A stretch of 64,000 bases of DNA from NCBI GenBank assembly GCA_964188305.1, contig OZ076885.1; one strand, given 5' to 3'. The notes under the pieces are model-generated. The model was not told where the DNA came from. It saw only the letters and a list, made by a program, of their open reading frames with translations, and made no database searches. Shown here in pieces: positions 51,786-63,511 of this stretch. The stretch comes from Podarcis bocagei (lineage: Eukaryota). A program made the translations under genes and the position numbers. How positions within the stretch are numbered: the stretch's first letter is position 1; every line of letters starts with the position of its first letter.

Positions 51786-54700
51786 GTTTTTGGCTGAGCA
51801 TTCTGTGACATGGCCTGTTCAAAACTTTAACCTAAACACACTTTATGGGTCTGCAATTATGCAACCTTTAAGACCTGTATCAAACCTCCATTAACATCGA
51901 AATGCCCATTCATTTTCCTTAGTGTTCCCCAGGTGTATCTTGCATTCTGAGACTTGTGGCATAATTTCAATCAGAGTGCTGGGCTCTGCCCCTACTTCTG
52001 CCTTCACATGGTTTCATGACTTGGTATCAATTGAAGCATTCACTATAAGGTTTCCTTTGCATTCCTACAACTGTTACTTCCAATTGCCACATAAGGACAA
52101 TGCCAACAGCCTTAAAACATCAAATAATTCTTTCTGTTTTCAGTACATGTGCTGGAGGAAAATGGATTTGCACAAACCTTACCTGTCCAGGTATGTCTGT
52201 TCTCAGATATTTCATTCAAATATTTTATACTGGGTATATTGCATGTGATCCAAGTGTTAATATTGATGTCTGATTATTTTTCCAATCTTTCCTAGTTATT
52301 TACACCTGGAAAGCAGCATATAAATGCTTAAAAGGATTATCAGCTCCCAGAATGCAAACTGTAATCACTAATTCCTTCAGGCTTTTCCCCCACTATTGCG
52401 ACTTTAATATCATACATTACTAGCAGCACAGAATATTTTGGTAACATATTGAAACACTTTATCCCCCCCCCCTTTTAGCTGAATGTTCAGTCTCAGGAGA
52501 TATTCACTTCATGACATTTGATGGGCGCAAGTATACTTTTCAAGCCACTTGCCAGTATATTCTGGCAAAAAGCCTCACCTCTGGAAAATTTGTTGTGACT
52601 CTGCAAAATGCTCGTTGTGGACAGGTAAGACTGTAAGAGCAAATGTTTGGGCTGCATCAAGTGTGGGTACTTAACTGGCATTGTCAAAAAGATTAAACTA
52701 AACTTTCAATTTATAAGTCTCCCTTTGGTGAATGGAAGGAACTTTTCATTCACTGAAAGATTCCTCCCATTCATGGAAGGTTACCTTTGGATCCAGTTCT
52801 AATTTCCTTGGGGAAGGACCATAGCTCAGTGGATGTAGAAGGTCCTAGGTTAGGCCCCTTCAGTTTATGTGTTTCTGTGTCGTGATAAATTACTGTGCAG
52901 ATATTTCTCAAGAACTTAAAAAGCTAAGTGTCTCTGAATATCCAGTGCCAAAAGGTGGATAGCAAATAGCACATGTGCTTTATTATGACTTTATTTTAAT
53001 AATAATAATAATAATTTAATTAATTAATTTATACCCGGCCCATCTGACTGGGTTTCCCCAGCCACTCTGGGCAGCTAATGGTGCCTGTGGCGTTGTAACA
53101 GGAGGTTATGCAAAGAAATAGTCAACAGTACAGTGTTGAAACCTTTTGCCAAGGGAGGTGTAGAATATTTCACCTGATATATATGTAAAAAAGAAATATT
53201 TGCTCTTTTTATCTCTATTTATAGGTTCTGAAAATATTGACTTTTATCTAGTTCCTCTAAGGTTTATAGTTTTCAACTTAAGTCATGGATAGCTGCTGTA
53301 GTGCTCTCCACATGTTGGTGGACTACAATTCCCATCAGTCACACCTAGCATGGTCAAGGATGATGAGAGTTGTGTTCCACCTGGAGGGCACTGTATTAGC
53401 TACTCCTGACTTCAGTAAAATGTTTTAATAATATGGTAATATAATAATATGCTTTCTACGTTCAGCTCGTCTTGCAGATGGCAAGTCCAACAAAGGATAC
53501 ACTGTTCATTGTTAAGATCTAGATTGCCTTAGAAAGGCAGTTTTAGAATGGCATATAATCTCCCAAGCGCCTTAGTCCATACCTGTACACATACCACTTT
53601 AATAACCTGTTAGTGTCTCTGTGAGGATATACAATAAAGCACTTTTTCTTCCAACAAAGCCACTTTGCAAGCATTTTCTTTTCTAAGTTGTTGCTCAAAT
53701 ACAGTCTAACGAAAACTTGAAGCGACAAAATCTCAAGGCACAAGGCGCAAACTCACAAGGATTGAATCAGTTAAACTGTGCTTTTAACAACAACCACGAT
53801 GCATTGATTTGTGAATAATCTAATAAACTATAATATTGAATGCTTGGTTTCTAGTTGTCATCTTTGAAAACGGTTGCTTAAAATATCTTATGTAGAAACA
53901 CCAAATTATGAGATAAGGAAATGTTGCATTTTTTTATTAGACATTAGCATAAATTACTCTATTTCAGTGTCTTGATTTTTTTCCCTGAGCTTTGAATTTC
54001 TGTAGAGTTACTGAGAAATGTTCATTAAAATGCTAGAGCTCTATCGCAATAAAGCAAATTACTGTATTGAAAAAGAAAAACACCTCCAGCAACAGCCAGA
54101 TAACACCTGAACAGGTTTTCGACTCATTGAATCACAAAGAGTACAGTCACTTAGAGCCTCAGGTTTGGTGACAAAAGCAATCATCATGCAGCAAGTGAGT
54201 TTGGAATGATGTAAAATTTAGCTTTAAACACTTTTTGAAAGAGGATCAGTCAAGTGATCAGCATAGCTTAGCCTTATCTGAGTCTCAAATGACAGTATCA
54301 CTAGGTTTTGTGGTTAGTTATGATGAGAAGGATATTTTAATATAGGAATTTCTATTAAGTGTCTGGTGATGAGTGAGGTACAGTTCATGAGAAGGCAGCT
54401 GCTGATAGCGGAGTCATTGTTATGAAAGAAACATTTCATTGGATCAGAGAATTATTGCCAGGATTTTAGAGCCTATTTGAGACAATATGCATATGCACAC
54501 ACAGATATATGTAGCCAATATATACTCCCACATTCATCTACTGGTCTTAACATTTAAGGGCTTGCTTTTATATTTGATTGGACATCTTGAAAATGGCATA
54601 GGAAGCTGCCGTATGTGGCCAGACGATTGGTCCACCTAGTTCCAGTATTGTCTGACCAGTACAGGGTCTCAGGCAGAAGTCTTTCTCTCACTTGCTACCT

Positions 54701-57700
54701 GGCCATTTTTTAGCAGTAGCTGCCAAGAATTAACCATGGGATCTTTAGTGTACAGTCATACCTCGGGTTGCAATCACTGCGGGTTGCGCGTTTTCGGGTT
54801 ATGGACGCACCAAACCCAGAAGTACTGGAATGGGTTACCTCCGGGTTTTGGCACTCACGCATGTGCACTAAATTGTGCTTTGCGGATGTGCAGAAGCGCC
54901 AAATCGCATTGTGTGCTTGCGCAGACGCGGCGCTGCGGGTTGCAAACGCTGCGGGTTCATAAATCACATTTGCAACCTGAGGTTCCACTGTACAAGGCAT
55001 GTGCTTTACCTTTCAGATATGGGCATTTCTACCTTATCTAGGGTATATATCTCAGCTCATGTCTATCCGAGTCTTGAAACTTGCTTTGCCACTATAGAAG
55101 TTGGAAGCAGTATGCTTCTGAATACCAGTTACTGGAAACCACAGGAGGGGAGTGTGTTCTGGTGCTCATGAGCTGCCTGCGGGTCTCCCATGGGATCTGG
55201 GTGGCCACTATGAGAACAGGATGCTGGACTAGATGGCCATTGGCCTGATCCAGCAGGCTCTTCTTATCTTCTTAAATTATAAATTTCATCTTACTGGGTG
55301 TTCTCATTTTCATAGCACTGCATTTTGTGGTATGTAAAATCTCCAAGCAAATTATTACACTGATTTTTGTGTACCAGTGACTTTCCCAGGAGATACTTTC
55401 CTGCTCTACACCTGTCAAATTCTACCAAAAGGCAAATAGGTCTTAATCCCAATCTTATTTTACAATGCTACTCTTCAATTTATTTCCAGAATCAAGATGG
55501 AGCATGTATCCAGTCAGTCAGTCTTATTCTCAATCAAGATTCCAAGAGGCAAGTGACTCTGACCCATTCAGGAGATGTTTTGGTATATGATCAGTACAAA
55601 GTAAATCTGCCTTATATTGATGGTAAGTAAAATAAATAACACTTAGCCACAGTGAAAATGCTATGATTTAAATTATGTCTACATATCATGCTCTAATTCC
55701 ATCATGTCAATCATTCTGGTTTTATTTCTTCTCCTATAGCTTCACTTAACCCTCTGTTTCCTTCCTCTAATATCTACATCATCTCATGGTACCCCTGGAA
55801 CCAGATGTTAGTTGTATATTCACTCCCTTTCATCTCACCATGTAGATCAGATGTGGTCCTCCAGATGCTGCTGAACTAAAACTCCTATCATCCATGGCCA
55901 TTGGCCATGCTTGCTGGGCCTGATGGGGGTTACAGTCCATCCACATCTGGAAGGCCAAAGGTTTCCCACACTTGATATAGATAGGTGAACTAAGCGATAT
56001 ACACAAAGGAAGCCTTTTTACTGATGGACAAGCTATCTTCAGCCTGAATCAGCTTGAGCAACAAATTATTTTTAGGAGGCTTCAATGAACAACAAATTAT
56101 CCAAAGCAATTATTTTAGCTTGATTCTTTCCAGATCTTATCTTGCTGTCAGTTCCATCATTGAGAGTTTAACAGTCAACCCTTCATCAGCACCCCCACTG
56201 CTGCTACCCACAAGGATACATTGTGGTGTTGAAAAGTGCTCATAGTATCTGGACTTCCTTGAGAACCTCCTGTCACCACTTGTCACCTGGGTAGGCTTGC
56301 AAAAGGTGGTGGTGATGAGGGCTCATGGTATGCGTAAAATAGAGTATATTTTGATCTCCGCAAAACAATTTTATTTGGGCTAAATTCAAGTAGAGATTAG
56401 GAGGTTAATTTGCAACTAACATTAAACACATTGTGAAGAATAAAAGCAACTCCTGATCTCTTGATAATATTGTAGATTACTATTAATACATTTTTTCTGC
56501 AATGTTTATTTACTAGACGCTTTTGAAATACGGAAACTTTCCTCTGTATTTTTGCAAATAAAGTCATATATTGGATTGCAAATACTGTATGACTGGAAGG
56601 GTTTGAGGCTCTATCTCAAAGCTGATGCTCAATGGAAAGATGATACCATAGGACTTTGTGGGACCTTCAACGGAAATATGCAAGATGATTTTTTGTATGT
56701 ATCCTTAACATTTTAAAAAAATACATCTGTCTTCATGAATATTGATTTCCACCCCCAAACAGTATAGGAAAACATAGTAGCTATTTATTAGAATAATAAA
56801 ATATAAAATTTGATTAGCAAACCTAGTATTAATTAAATAATAATAATGTTGAAGAAATTCAACCCAGAAGAGAGATCTTGTATTAATATATCTTGTTACT
56901 TTCAAGGGTCTGATTCTTGGGAGCAAGAACGCTCCACTTAAATGTCCTTTCAGATTATTTTAATCCACAAATATTTAATTTAATAAGTATTTTCCTATAG
57001 AGAAGTACAAAATATAGAACGCATAAGAGGAAGACTTATCCTAGTGTGTTTTAATTTGTTGGAAGCAGCCCAGAGTGGCTGGGGTAACCCAGTCAGATGG
57101 GCAGGATATAAATAAAATAAATAAAAGAAAATAAACCACAATGAATCCAGTACATAGTCTCTTGAAATTAATGAGACAACACCATGATTTTGAATTACTG
57201 TTGTTTGTACTTGATATTTGAAGTATATCATTTTTGTGACATTGTTTTTTTGTTTTTTTTTTTAAATGGGGGAAAGATCTCCAGTAGGAGTGCCAGAAAG
57301 TACGCCACAGCTTTTTGGAAATTCCTGGAAAACTTCATCTGCCTGTGGTCTTGAGCATGATTATTCACCAGTGGATCCATGTGATATTCATCTACAATCA
57401 GGTAAGTGTGACGATATTATAGACAGATATTGATGATGGGGTTGGAAGCATTATAAGAAGCTGTTGCAGGAGAGGAATTGTGAGCAACATCACGGGAGGA
57501 ATGTTTCTAGTACCAAAATGAAACTTTCAAGCTCCCTTGTAGTTTCTGCTATTGCCAGCAGCAAAATGTTGTTGCTTTTATAGGGTCATATTCAATTAAC
57601 TTTTACTCAGTGGTGATCCATTAAATTTCTGATCCTGAATAACCCACAGTATTGAAATTTTTTTGGTGTGTATGTTGGTACATTAGCTACCATGATGTTG

Positions 57701-60700
57701 TTTTATTACTCTGGTTATGAAATTGATTTTGATATTGTTGACTTTGAGAGGTATTGCTGTTCTCTTTCTTGTAAGCCACTTTGAGCATGATGTTGTGTGT
57801 GTGTCGAAGGGAGTGTGGAAAGGCATTCTTATTAGTATTCCTAATTAAACATATCTGTGTTTTAAGTCATTTTAGCCAGCTGGTTATATTTTGTTTGAGT
57901 TTTCATCGATCAGTTGTGCAGCTGACAAAAAATGCATTTCATGATTTATTATTGTCAAGGATTGTGTAGAAAAAGTAATATAAAACAACGATAATATATG
58001 TAATCAATATCATGACCCTGACTGAGCCTTATTTACTGAAAATATAGTAATAAAATTTATATCTGATGGACTGAAGAGAAATATTAATAGTGATTGCTAT
58101 TTGGAAAATTCCCATAAAAATGACTGTAGTCAGTTGTAGAGTTGTGCAGTTGGCTGTGGCTTATCTATGGCTGAATCAGATAATCTGTAAAAAGTAATGT
58201 TTGTTCCACAGAAGAAAGCCTTTGCTATTAAATTTGGAGACTCTAACATGGTTATTTTATTATCATTTACTTTAACAGCCACTTATGCAACAGAAGCTTG
58301 CGGCATCATTACAAAAGAACTCTTTGCCCCATGCTTCTCCTACTTGAGTCCTCTCCCCTATTTTGAACAGTGCAGAAGAGATACCTGTAAATGTGGGCAG
58401 ATCTGCATGTGCTCCACTCTGTCCCATTATGCCCATCTGTGCCACAGATATGGAGTGGTGATAGACTTTCGGAGTTACGTCCCAGAATGTGGTAAGTTAT
58501 TGTTCAGCATGTAATTAATTTAATGGCTGTCTGACATCTTGTGTACATTTCAAGACTAATCTAAATTGGATAAATCATTTGCTGGATATCCAAATTGAAT
58601 GCACATGGTTAGATTGAAATAACCGTGCGCTACAGTAGATCAAAGTGGTACATGACTAGATGAGAAACATGGTAATGAAGAAAGCCCAAACTGTGAAGCT
58701 GGGTTGGGAACCAAGCACTGCATTCTCCTGTGAACAATGTTCTGGGGCACACATGCAGGTCCACAGGCAAAAATGGGCAGAGCAATGAATAGGACTCTTA
58801 CTGTTTTACAGTATGCTACATTCCAGCCATGCAAAAACCAGTTTTTTCTACACCCTCCTCAACAACTTGTCTCATCTAGGCAAGCAAGGGGCATGATCAC
58901 AGCTAAGTGACATATTCAAGCTAGGTAAAAACACATAGATATGGTGCAAAGCAGAACCAGGGATACGGTCATACAGTCTAGTATATAAATTATAGTATGC
59001 TATAAAAATATCTCAGAAAAGATGCTGTACAAGTCTTGCACAAATGGAAGAACTTCTCTATATTTGGGGTGATTTTGTCATGCTAGGGTGGAAACAGCCC
59101 TTCCATTTGTGGATGATTTGTTCCACTAATAGTGGAAGGGTACCTTTGGTCCAAGCCATTCCTATTTAAATATATTAAGGAAAATTTCTGTTTGGTTCCC
59201 TCCTCCAAACTAAGCTCACTTTCCCCCGTTAATTTTTTTATTTTTCTTGTTTAAATGACACAGTTATAGTTAGTCATTTAAGTGGGATCCAGTGTGATTT
59301 GCAAGTCTAGTTTACAGTACTTGGTGGCTGTGTAAAGTAACCTAAGGGGGTCTTAGTGGGGGGGGGGGAATCAGGCCTACACTAAATGTTGTATAATAAA
59401 TAAATAAATAATTTTCTTTGTGTAGTAAAAGTGTAAACATATTCACAGCCAGCAATACACGGGGATATGATTTGGGGCTAACTAAACTTGGGTTTAGGTT
59501 GTAGTTCTGTGCACATTTTCCAGAGAGTGAGTCCCCTGAACACAATGAGACTTATTTCCAAGTAAGCATGCAAGAAGCCATCCCAGTGTGTGGGATGAAA
59601 TGTGTTACAGGCCTTTGAGAGTGGATTGCCTTTTATGCGTTTGGCTTGTAATATGAGAAGTCTGTTTCATTTGCTTAGCTCTTTCATGTGAAGATACAAA
59701 GGAGTACAGTACCTGTGTATCTACTTGTGGCAGATCCTGCCAAGCTTTCTCTGTGCCAGAGACGTGCAGTGATGATTGTGTTGAAGGCTGCACCTGTCCT
59801 CTTGGAATGTATCTGAACATCAAAACTGACAGATGTGTGCAACAGTAGGTATAATTTGTAGTGCTGACACCAACCACTTTGTAAAAGTATATTTTCAGAT
59901 TTAAGGGACCAGCTGAGAAATTGGTTTAACTTTCAGACATGAAATGAACTGCAGAACTAAAGAGGCGGTGGCAGTGGGGGGACGGGACATGCTGCATTTA
60001 GCCAGCAGTGGGAATAGTAGGGTTTGTTGATGCTTATATGAGATGGTTGTAAACTTGGGGTGGCCAAACTTTTCTGTCAGTTTTGCCTCAAAGTAAGAGA
60101 GAGTGCACTAGAATGGCCCCTCCAAGACTGTCTGCTTTTGCTTCACGTTTACCAAGTGAAGAAACAGGCAATAGTGCTGAGCAAGATATGTATATATAGG
60201 AACCCACACACAATTCTGTGATAGAGCTAAGCATTTCTGGACCCTCACCTGGGAATGGATGAGCAGATTAAGTCCATTTTTGTCTCATGCTCCAAAGAGC
60301 CTGTAGTGCCATGTTTCCATGTGAATTTTTTAGTGTTCAGAGTTTACTGAAGATTACCAAATTTGCACCATCCTGCAGTTCCATTATCTTGAGAATATGT
60401 GAGGTAATTTATTGAGGTTTCTGATTGTCACAGCCCTATTCATTTTGTTTTCCTTAGAAAATATATTTTGTGACCAGCATGGATTACTGCTGAAGGGGAA
60501 ACATAAATGCTTGTCCATAGGCTCTGCCATTTGTTATTTATTATTGGCTGTGGATAGTACAGGGATAGGAATGCATTCCAATATGCAGTGTTTGACAAGA
60601 ATACTTGTTAATATGTTAATAACTATTTATAAAGTGAATGCATCTTTATAACAGGGGGAGTCTGTGTTGTTTCCATGGAAACAAATTTTCTATTTTTTCC

Positions 60701-62719
60701 CTCTTTATAGAAATGAATGTCCCTGCTATTTTCAGGGTATTGACTATTCACCTGGAGAAAACATAATCACGTCTTTGGGAAAATGGTAAGCTATTCCCAC
60801 AGAAAGGGCAGTTTCTAATGTTCTGTGGGTTTTGCCACGCATACCATCTGGCGGAATTTTATGCTGCTGTGTTTAGCAGACACTGGGTTTGCCCCATCCC
60901 TTCTGACTTTGGAACAGAGATCAGCCACAGGGAGAGAGCATTGGTGTTGCTTTAAAAGATGGCGCTGTCCCTTTCCACTGCATTCCTCCCTTCTGCTCCT
61001 GCAGCTGGCCTGTCTCACAGTCTGTATGGGCCTTCACTAGCTATGCTTCTGGAGGGCTAAGAATGAATTTTTAAGATGGCTTCCCTTGTGGCCCCATCTT
61101 TTTTCACCTGCTCAATACTGTATGTATTGAGGTCTGAAATATTAATTTGATTTGTGACTTGGGTCATATCCACACCATAGATTTAAAGCACCTTTAATAA
61201 TCAATTCTGTGTGCTGCTCTGGTTCACCAGAAGTGGCTTAGTCATGCTGGCCACATGACCCGGAAGCTGTATGCCGGCTTCCTCAGCCAATAAAGCGAGA
61301 TGAGCATCGCAACCCCAGACTCGGCCACGACTGGACCTAATGGTCAGGGGTCCCTTTACCTTTTAATACTCAATTTAAAGCACATAGCCTCCCCCAAAGA
61401 ATCCTGGGAAATCTGGTGCAAGAGTTTCTTAAAAGGGAAATCAGAGGGAAAATAGCATGTATGTACAGTACTGCCACCATTCTTTTCTTTGAAGAACTCT
61501 GACCAGATTCCTTAAGTTTATACAAAAAGATTCTGATGGTCCTGACTTCTTGCATTTTTGTTTCAGCCACTGCAGAGATGGAATGATGAACTGTGAGGAA
61601 AACAACATTGGTATGTAACATAAAGATGCTATTTAACCCAGAGTTCCCTCGTAGAGTCCTAGCCGTGCCAAAGTTAGAGCTCCCTGTTATACCCATCAAA
61701 CATGGGCAGGAATTTTCTAAGGGGAGGCCTGAGTCAGACCGGGACCCAATGGATCTCAAGCTGAGCTCAGTGCTATTCAGGCTGGCACAGCGCTTTGTCT
61801 GCCTTTGCTTTCTTTCCTGTGAGTGATGGGACTGTGGATGCTGGCTATTGGCTCAGCCTCTCTGTCATGACTTGCCACTTCTCGACTGTGGTTTGGATTA
61901 TAGAATCATAGAATCATAGAGTTGGAATAGACCACAAGGGCCATCGAGTTCAACCCCCTGCCAAGCAGGAAACACCATCAGAGCACTCCTGACATATGGT
62001 TGTCAAGCCTCTGCTTAAAGACCTCCAAAGAAGGAGACTCCACCACACTCCTTGGCAGCAAATTCCACTGTCGAACAACAAGAATTATCTTGCTCATTTT
62101 TAGTGTGCTGTTTTGGTTTGTTCCCCAGTAACTGGTAGTCAGAGGTATACTGACTCTAAACCTTGAGGTTCTACGCAGCAGTTAGGATTAGTAGTCCCTG
62201 ATAGATTTCTCCTCCATGTATTTGTCTAAACCTCTTTTAAAATCATATGAACTACTGGCCTGCCCACGACCACAACCCATAACAGAAAATTCCATAAATT
62301 AATGATGAAATGTGTGAGGAAGTAGTTTCAGTTGTCCATTGTGAGTCATGATTCTCCTCCAGTCAGTTTCATCAGATGGCCTGGAGTTCTTGGTGTGATG
62401 AGAGAGGGACAAAAACTCTCTAAAGAATTAGATGTGTAGGACTTAAGACCAAATGTATAAATACAAAATGGAGGAATCTGGCTAGGCTTTAGCTTTAAAG
62501 AGGGTGCTTTGGATTTTATGGTAAAGAGCAAACTAAATATGATGTATGTGTGTCTTCTATTGTTGTAGTTCATGACTGTCCAGATGACCAGATCTATGTA
62601 AACTGCAGTAACCCACAAACTATGGAGCTTGGCAGGGAGAGAACATGTGAAAACCAACTGCTAAACCTCACTATATCGGCACATCTTCCTTGTTTTTCAG
62701 GATGCATGTGTCCTCAGGG
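32272..62719 (+). CDS. OTOG: Otogelin, coding exons 1-23 as a spliced span; gene continues beyond the right edge
   Basis: 23 GT-AG exons give 2702 nt of open frame with EGF-like, VWD, C8 and TIL modules (e.g. [37 protein letters not shown]); head-to-head adjacency to USH1C favours OTOG over OTOGL. Confidence 0.96.
32561..32624 (+). CDS. OTOG: OTOG exon 2 ([21 protein letters not shown])
   Basis: Polypyrimidine tract + CAG, donor AG|GTAAGT, completes a plausible signal peptide. Confidence 0.8.
33128..33287. mobile_element. Old Penelope-like remnant, inverted pair
   Basis: GAGTGATGTTGTTACCTTTAGAAAC at left and GTCTTTAAGGTGACACAAGACTC at right are imperfect inverted copies related to the 16430 fragment. 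Confidence 0.55.
34073..34127 (+). CDS. OTOG: OTOG exon 3 ([18 protein letters not shown])
   Basis: 55 nt, TAG/GTAAGG, phase 2->0 fits neighbours. Confidence 0.7.
36654..36789. mobile_element. hAT-type MITE
   Basis: Long TIRs CAGGCA...TGCCTG, exact 8-bp TSD CCATAGAG (36646-36653, 36790-36797). Confidence 0.9.
38694..38781 (+). CDS. OTOG: OTOG exon 4 ([29 protein letters not shown])
   Basis: 88 nt, CAG/GTAAG, phase 0->1, resembles human SSWERRLHRAKCAPS as recalled. Confidence 0.8.
41043..41135 (+). CDS. OTOG: OTOG exon 5, EGF-like ([30 protein letters not shown])
   Basis: 93 nt, TAG/GTGAGT. Confidence 0.95.
41401..41665. mobile_element. Tc1/mariner MITE, second CpG-rich subfamily
   Basis: TA|CAGTGGA...GAGGTATGACTG|TA; inverse copy at 54751. 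Confidence 0.8.
41901..42055 (+). CDS. OTOG: OTOG exon 6, VWD1 start ([15 protein letters not shown]...)
   Basis: 155 nt, TAG/GTGAG. Confidence 0.96.
42481..42715 (+). mobile_element. tRNA-derived SINE (MIR/Squam-like)
   Basis: A box TGGTGTAGTGG, B box GTTCAAATC, core ...CCTAACCTAC..., A-rich tail. Confidence 0.75.
43984..44102 (+). CDS. OTOG: OTOG exon 7 ([22 protein letters not shown]...)
   Basis: 119 nt, CAG/GT. Confidence 0.96.
44730..45091 (-). mobile_element. Full-length Sauria SINE
   Basis: (ACCTTT)n tail, tRNA-like head with A/B boxes, exact 13-bp TSD TGCCTGTTTGATA at 44717-44729 and 45092-45104. Confidence 0.9.
45170..45375 (+). CDS. OTOG: OTOG exon 8 (IQLPYTIG...THGLCGNNN...)
   Basis: 206 nt, CAG/GTGAGT, visible in ORF 45138..45392. 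Confidence 0.97.
46019..46152 (+). CDS. OTOG: OTOG exon 9 ([13 protein letters not shown]...)
   Basis: 134 nt, TAG/GTAGG. Confidence 0.96.
47434..47569. mobile_element. hAT-type MITE, same family
   Basis: Same TIRs and body; degenerate copies at ~53300-53408, ~55850-55970, ~63088-63125. Confidence 0.85.
47844..47950 (+). CDS. OTOG: OTOG exon 10, C8 ([35 protein letters not shown])
   Basis: 107 nt, CAG/GTAAGT. Confidence 0.96.
48586..48695 (+). CDS. OTOG: OTOG exon 11 ([36 protein letters not shown])
   Basis: 110 nt, AAG/GTATGC, phase 2->1. Confidence 0.95.
48791..49323 (+). mobile_element. Unclassified 533-bp insert, possibly a DIRS/Ngaro-like terminal repeat
   Basis: GC-richer than the host intron, bounded exactly by a ~170-bp direct duplication, has G13/G12 runs and AATAAAGTTGTGGCC; family assignment is recollection only. 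Confidence 0.55.
49324..49493 (+). repeat. Direct duplicate of 48622..48790 (3' 74 nt of OTOG exon 11, donor, 95 nt of intron)
   Basis: Base-by-base comparison shows 3 substitutions and 1 indel. Confidence 0.97.
49670..49795 (+). CDS. OTOG: OTOG exon 12, TIL ([20 protein letters not shown]...CYCPD)
   Basis: 126 nt, CAG/GT. Confidence 0.96.
50104..50385 (-). mobile_element. Degraded L2-type ORF2 fragment
   Basis: [13 protein letters not shown]...[15 protein letters not shown] is an L2 signature. Confidence 0.8.
50832..50940 (+). CDS. OTOG: OTOG exon 13 ([20 protein letters not shown]...)
   Basis: 109 nt, TAG/GTTAGT. Confidence 0.96.
51379..51785 (+). mobile_element. 5'-truncated L2-type LINE 3' end with (TAAA)n(TTA)n tail
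   Basis: Highly similar to 2301..2646; short tail-only copies at ~38812-38889 (+), ~57058-57125 (+), ~52998-53074 (-). Confidence 0.85.
52144..52190 (+). CDS. OTOG: OTOG exon 14 ([15 protein letters not shown])
   Basis: 47 nt, CAG/GTATGT. Confidence 0.96.
52479..52624 (+). CDS. OTOG: OTOG exon 15, VWD2 start ([20 protein letters not shown]...)
   Basis: 146 nt, TAG/GTAAGA. Confidence 0.97.
54751..54992. mobile_element. Tc1/mariner MITE nested in an older minus-strand SINE (~54597-55015)
   Basis: TA|CAGTCATACCTC...GAGGTTCCACTG|TA; SINE sequence continues on both sides. Confidence 0.8.
55490..55622 (+). CDS. OTOG: OTOG exon 16 ([14 protein letters not shown]...)
   Basis: 133 nt, CAG/GTAAGT. 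Confidence 0.97.
56517..56694 (+). CDS. OTOG: OTOG exon 17 ([11 protein letters not shown]...[14 protein letters not shown])
   Basis: 178 nt, TAG/GTATGT. Confidence 0.96.
57277..57401 (+). CDS. OTOG: OTOG exon 18 ([18 protein letters not shown]...DPCDIHLQS)
   Basis: 125 nt, AAG/GTAAGT. Confidence 0.96.
58279..58491 (+). CDS. OTOG: OTOG exon 19, C8 ([10 protein letters not shown]...YFEQCRRD...)
   Basis: 213 nt, CAG/GTAAGT. Confidence 0.97.
59679..59844 (+). CDS. OTOG: OTOG exon 20, TIL ([20 protein letters not shown]...)
   Basis: 166 nt, TAG/GTAGG. Confidence 0.95.
60711..60785 (+). CDS. OTOG: OTOG exon 21 ([24 protein letters not shown])
   Basis: 75 nt, TAG/GTAAG. Confidence 0.96.
61213..61364 (+). 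mobile_element. Sauria SINE 3' half
   Basis: Similar to the reverse complement of 44730-44890; ends CCCTTTACCTTT. Confidence 0.8.
61567..61610 (+). CDS. OTOG: OTOG exon 22 ([14 protein letters not shown])
   Basis: 44 nt, CAG/GTATGT. Confidence 0.95.
61901..62076 (-). mobile_element. CR1 LINE 3' end
   Basis: (ATTCTATG)n octamer tail on the minus strand plus CR1 3' sequence. Confidence 0.85.
62569..62719 (+). CDS. OTOG: OTOG exon 23 ([13 protein letters not shown]...[12 protein letters not shown]...CMCPQ)
   Basis: 151 nt, TAG/GTAAGT. Confidence 0.96.
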
Positions 62720-63487
62720 GTAAGTAAAGACAAACACAAGTTCAATTTTATCCTACTAGTATAAAACCTATGGCCACTTCAGCACCTAGTGTACATTTGG
62801 TAGTATGGCCTTCTGCCTTTTAAGAAGTCAAAGACATTTGATGACTATGGCTAGCTCAAGTTATTTTGGCAGCAGAGGCAAGGGGATGCTTCACCCTCCT
62901 CCCATCTTGTCATATGCTGGACATCAAAAAGCAAGCATCATGCAACGAAGCAGTGTTAAAAAGCCTCCGTTGATCAAACAACCTTCAGTCCATTCTTATT
63001 CCTGTGGAGTTGTGTAGCTTTGTTATCTTTTCCATGGGGTGTTTGTACCCGTTGTAGAACTCACTCAATATCTTCAGGGATGAATCTGGTGCCCTCTGGA
63101 TGTTTGGGACTACAACTCCCAACAGTTCCTCCCAAACAGGAACTGTTTTAACTATGGAAACAGTTGCACATCTTTATTAAGAAGGCATCATGGTTTAGGT
63201 TTGGAGGGCACCAGTTTGGTTAAGGCTGGTATAGAGACATCCAGATTGGGTATCTTTTCCACAGAGAGTCTGTTTTATTAAAAGCAGTATCTCTGTATGA
63301 AGAATTTGGGTGGGATTCACATAACCAACCTTGTCAGCAGCAGCTCCGCTCAAGGACTTCCACTTGTGCAGTGGGGTTTCCTCTTCCCTCATGTGTGTCC
63401 GCCTCCCAAATTGGCTTTCAGGGGGAGAAGAATGGGGGTTGTTCCATTTGGCAAGCTGAAATGCTTGTGCAGATGGAGCAACTGGAA

Positions 63488-63511
63488 GTGTGTGTGTGTG
63501 TGTGTGTGTGT
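63488..63511. repeat. (TG)n microsatellite
   Basis: Direct reading. Confidence 0.95.

Noticed and set aside
32272-62719. Assignment as OTOGL, VWF or a gel-forming mucin
   Set aside because: Peptide motifs and exon sizes follow otogelin as recalled, and adjacency to USH1C is characteristic of OTOG
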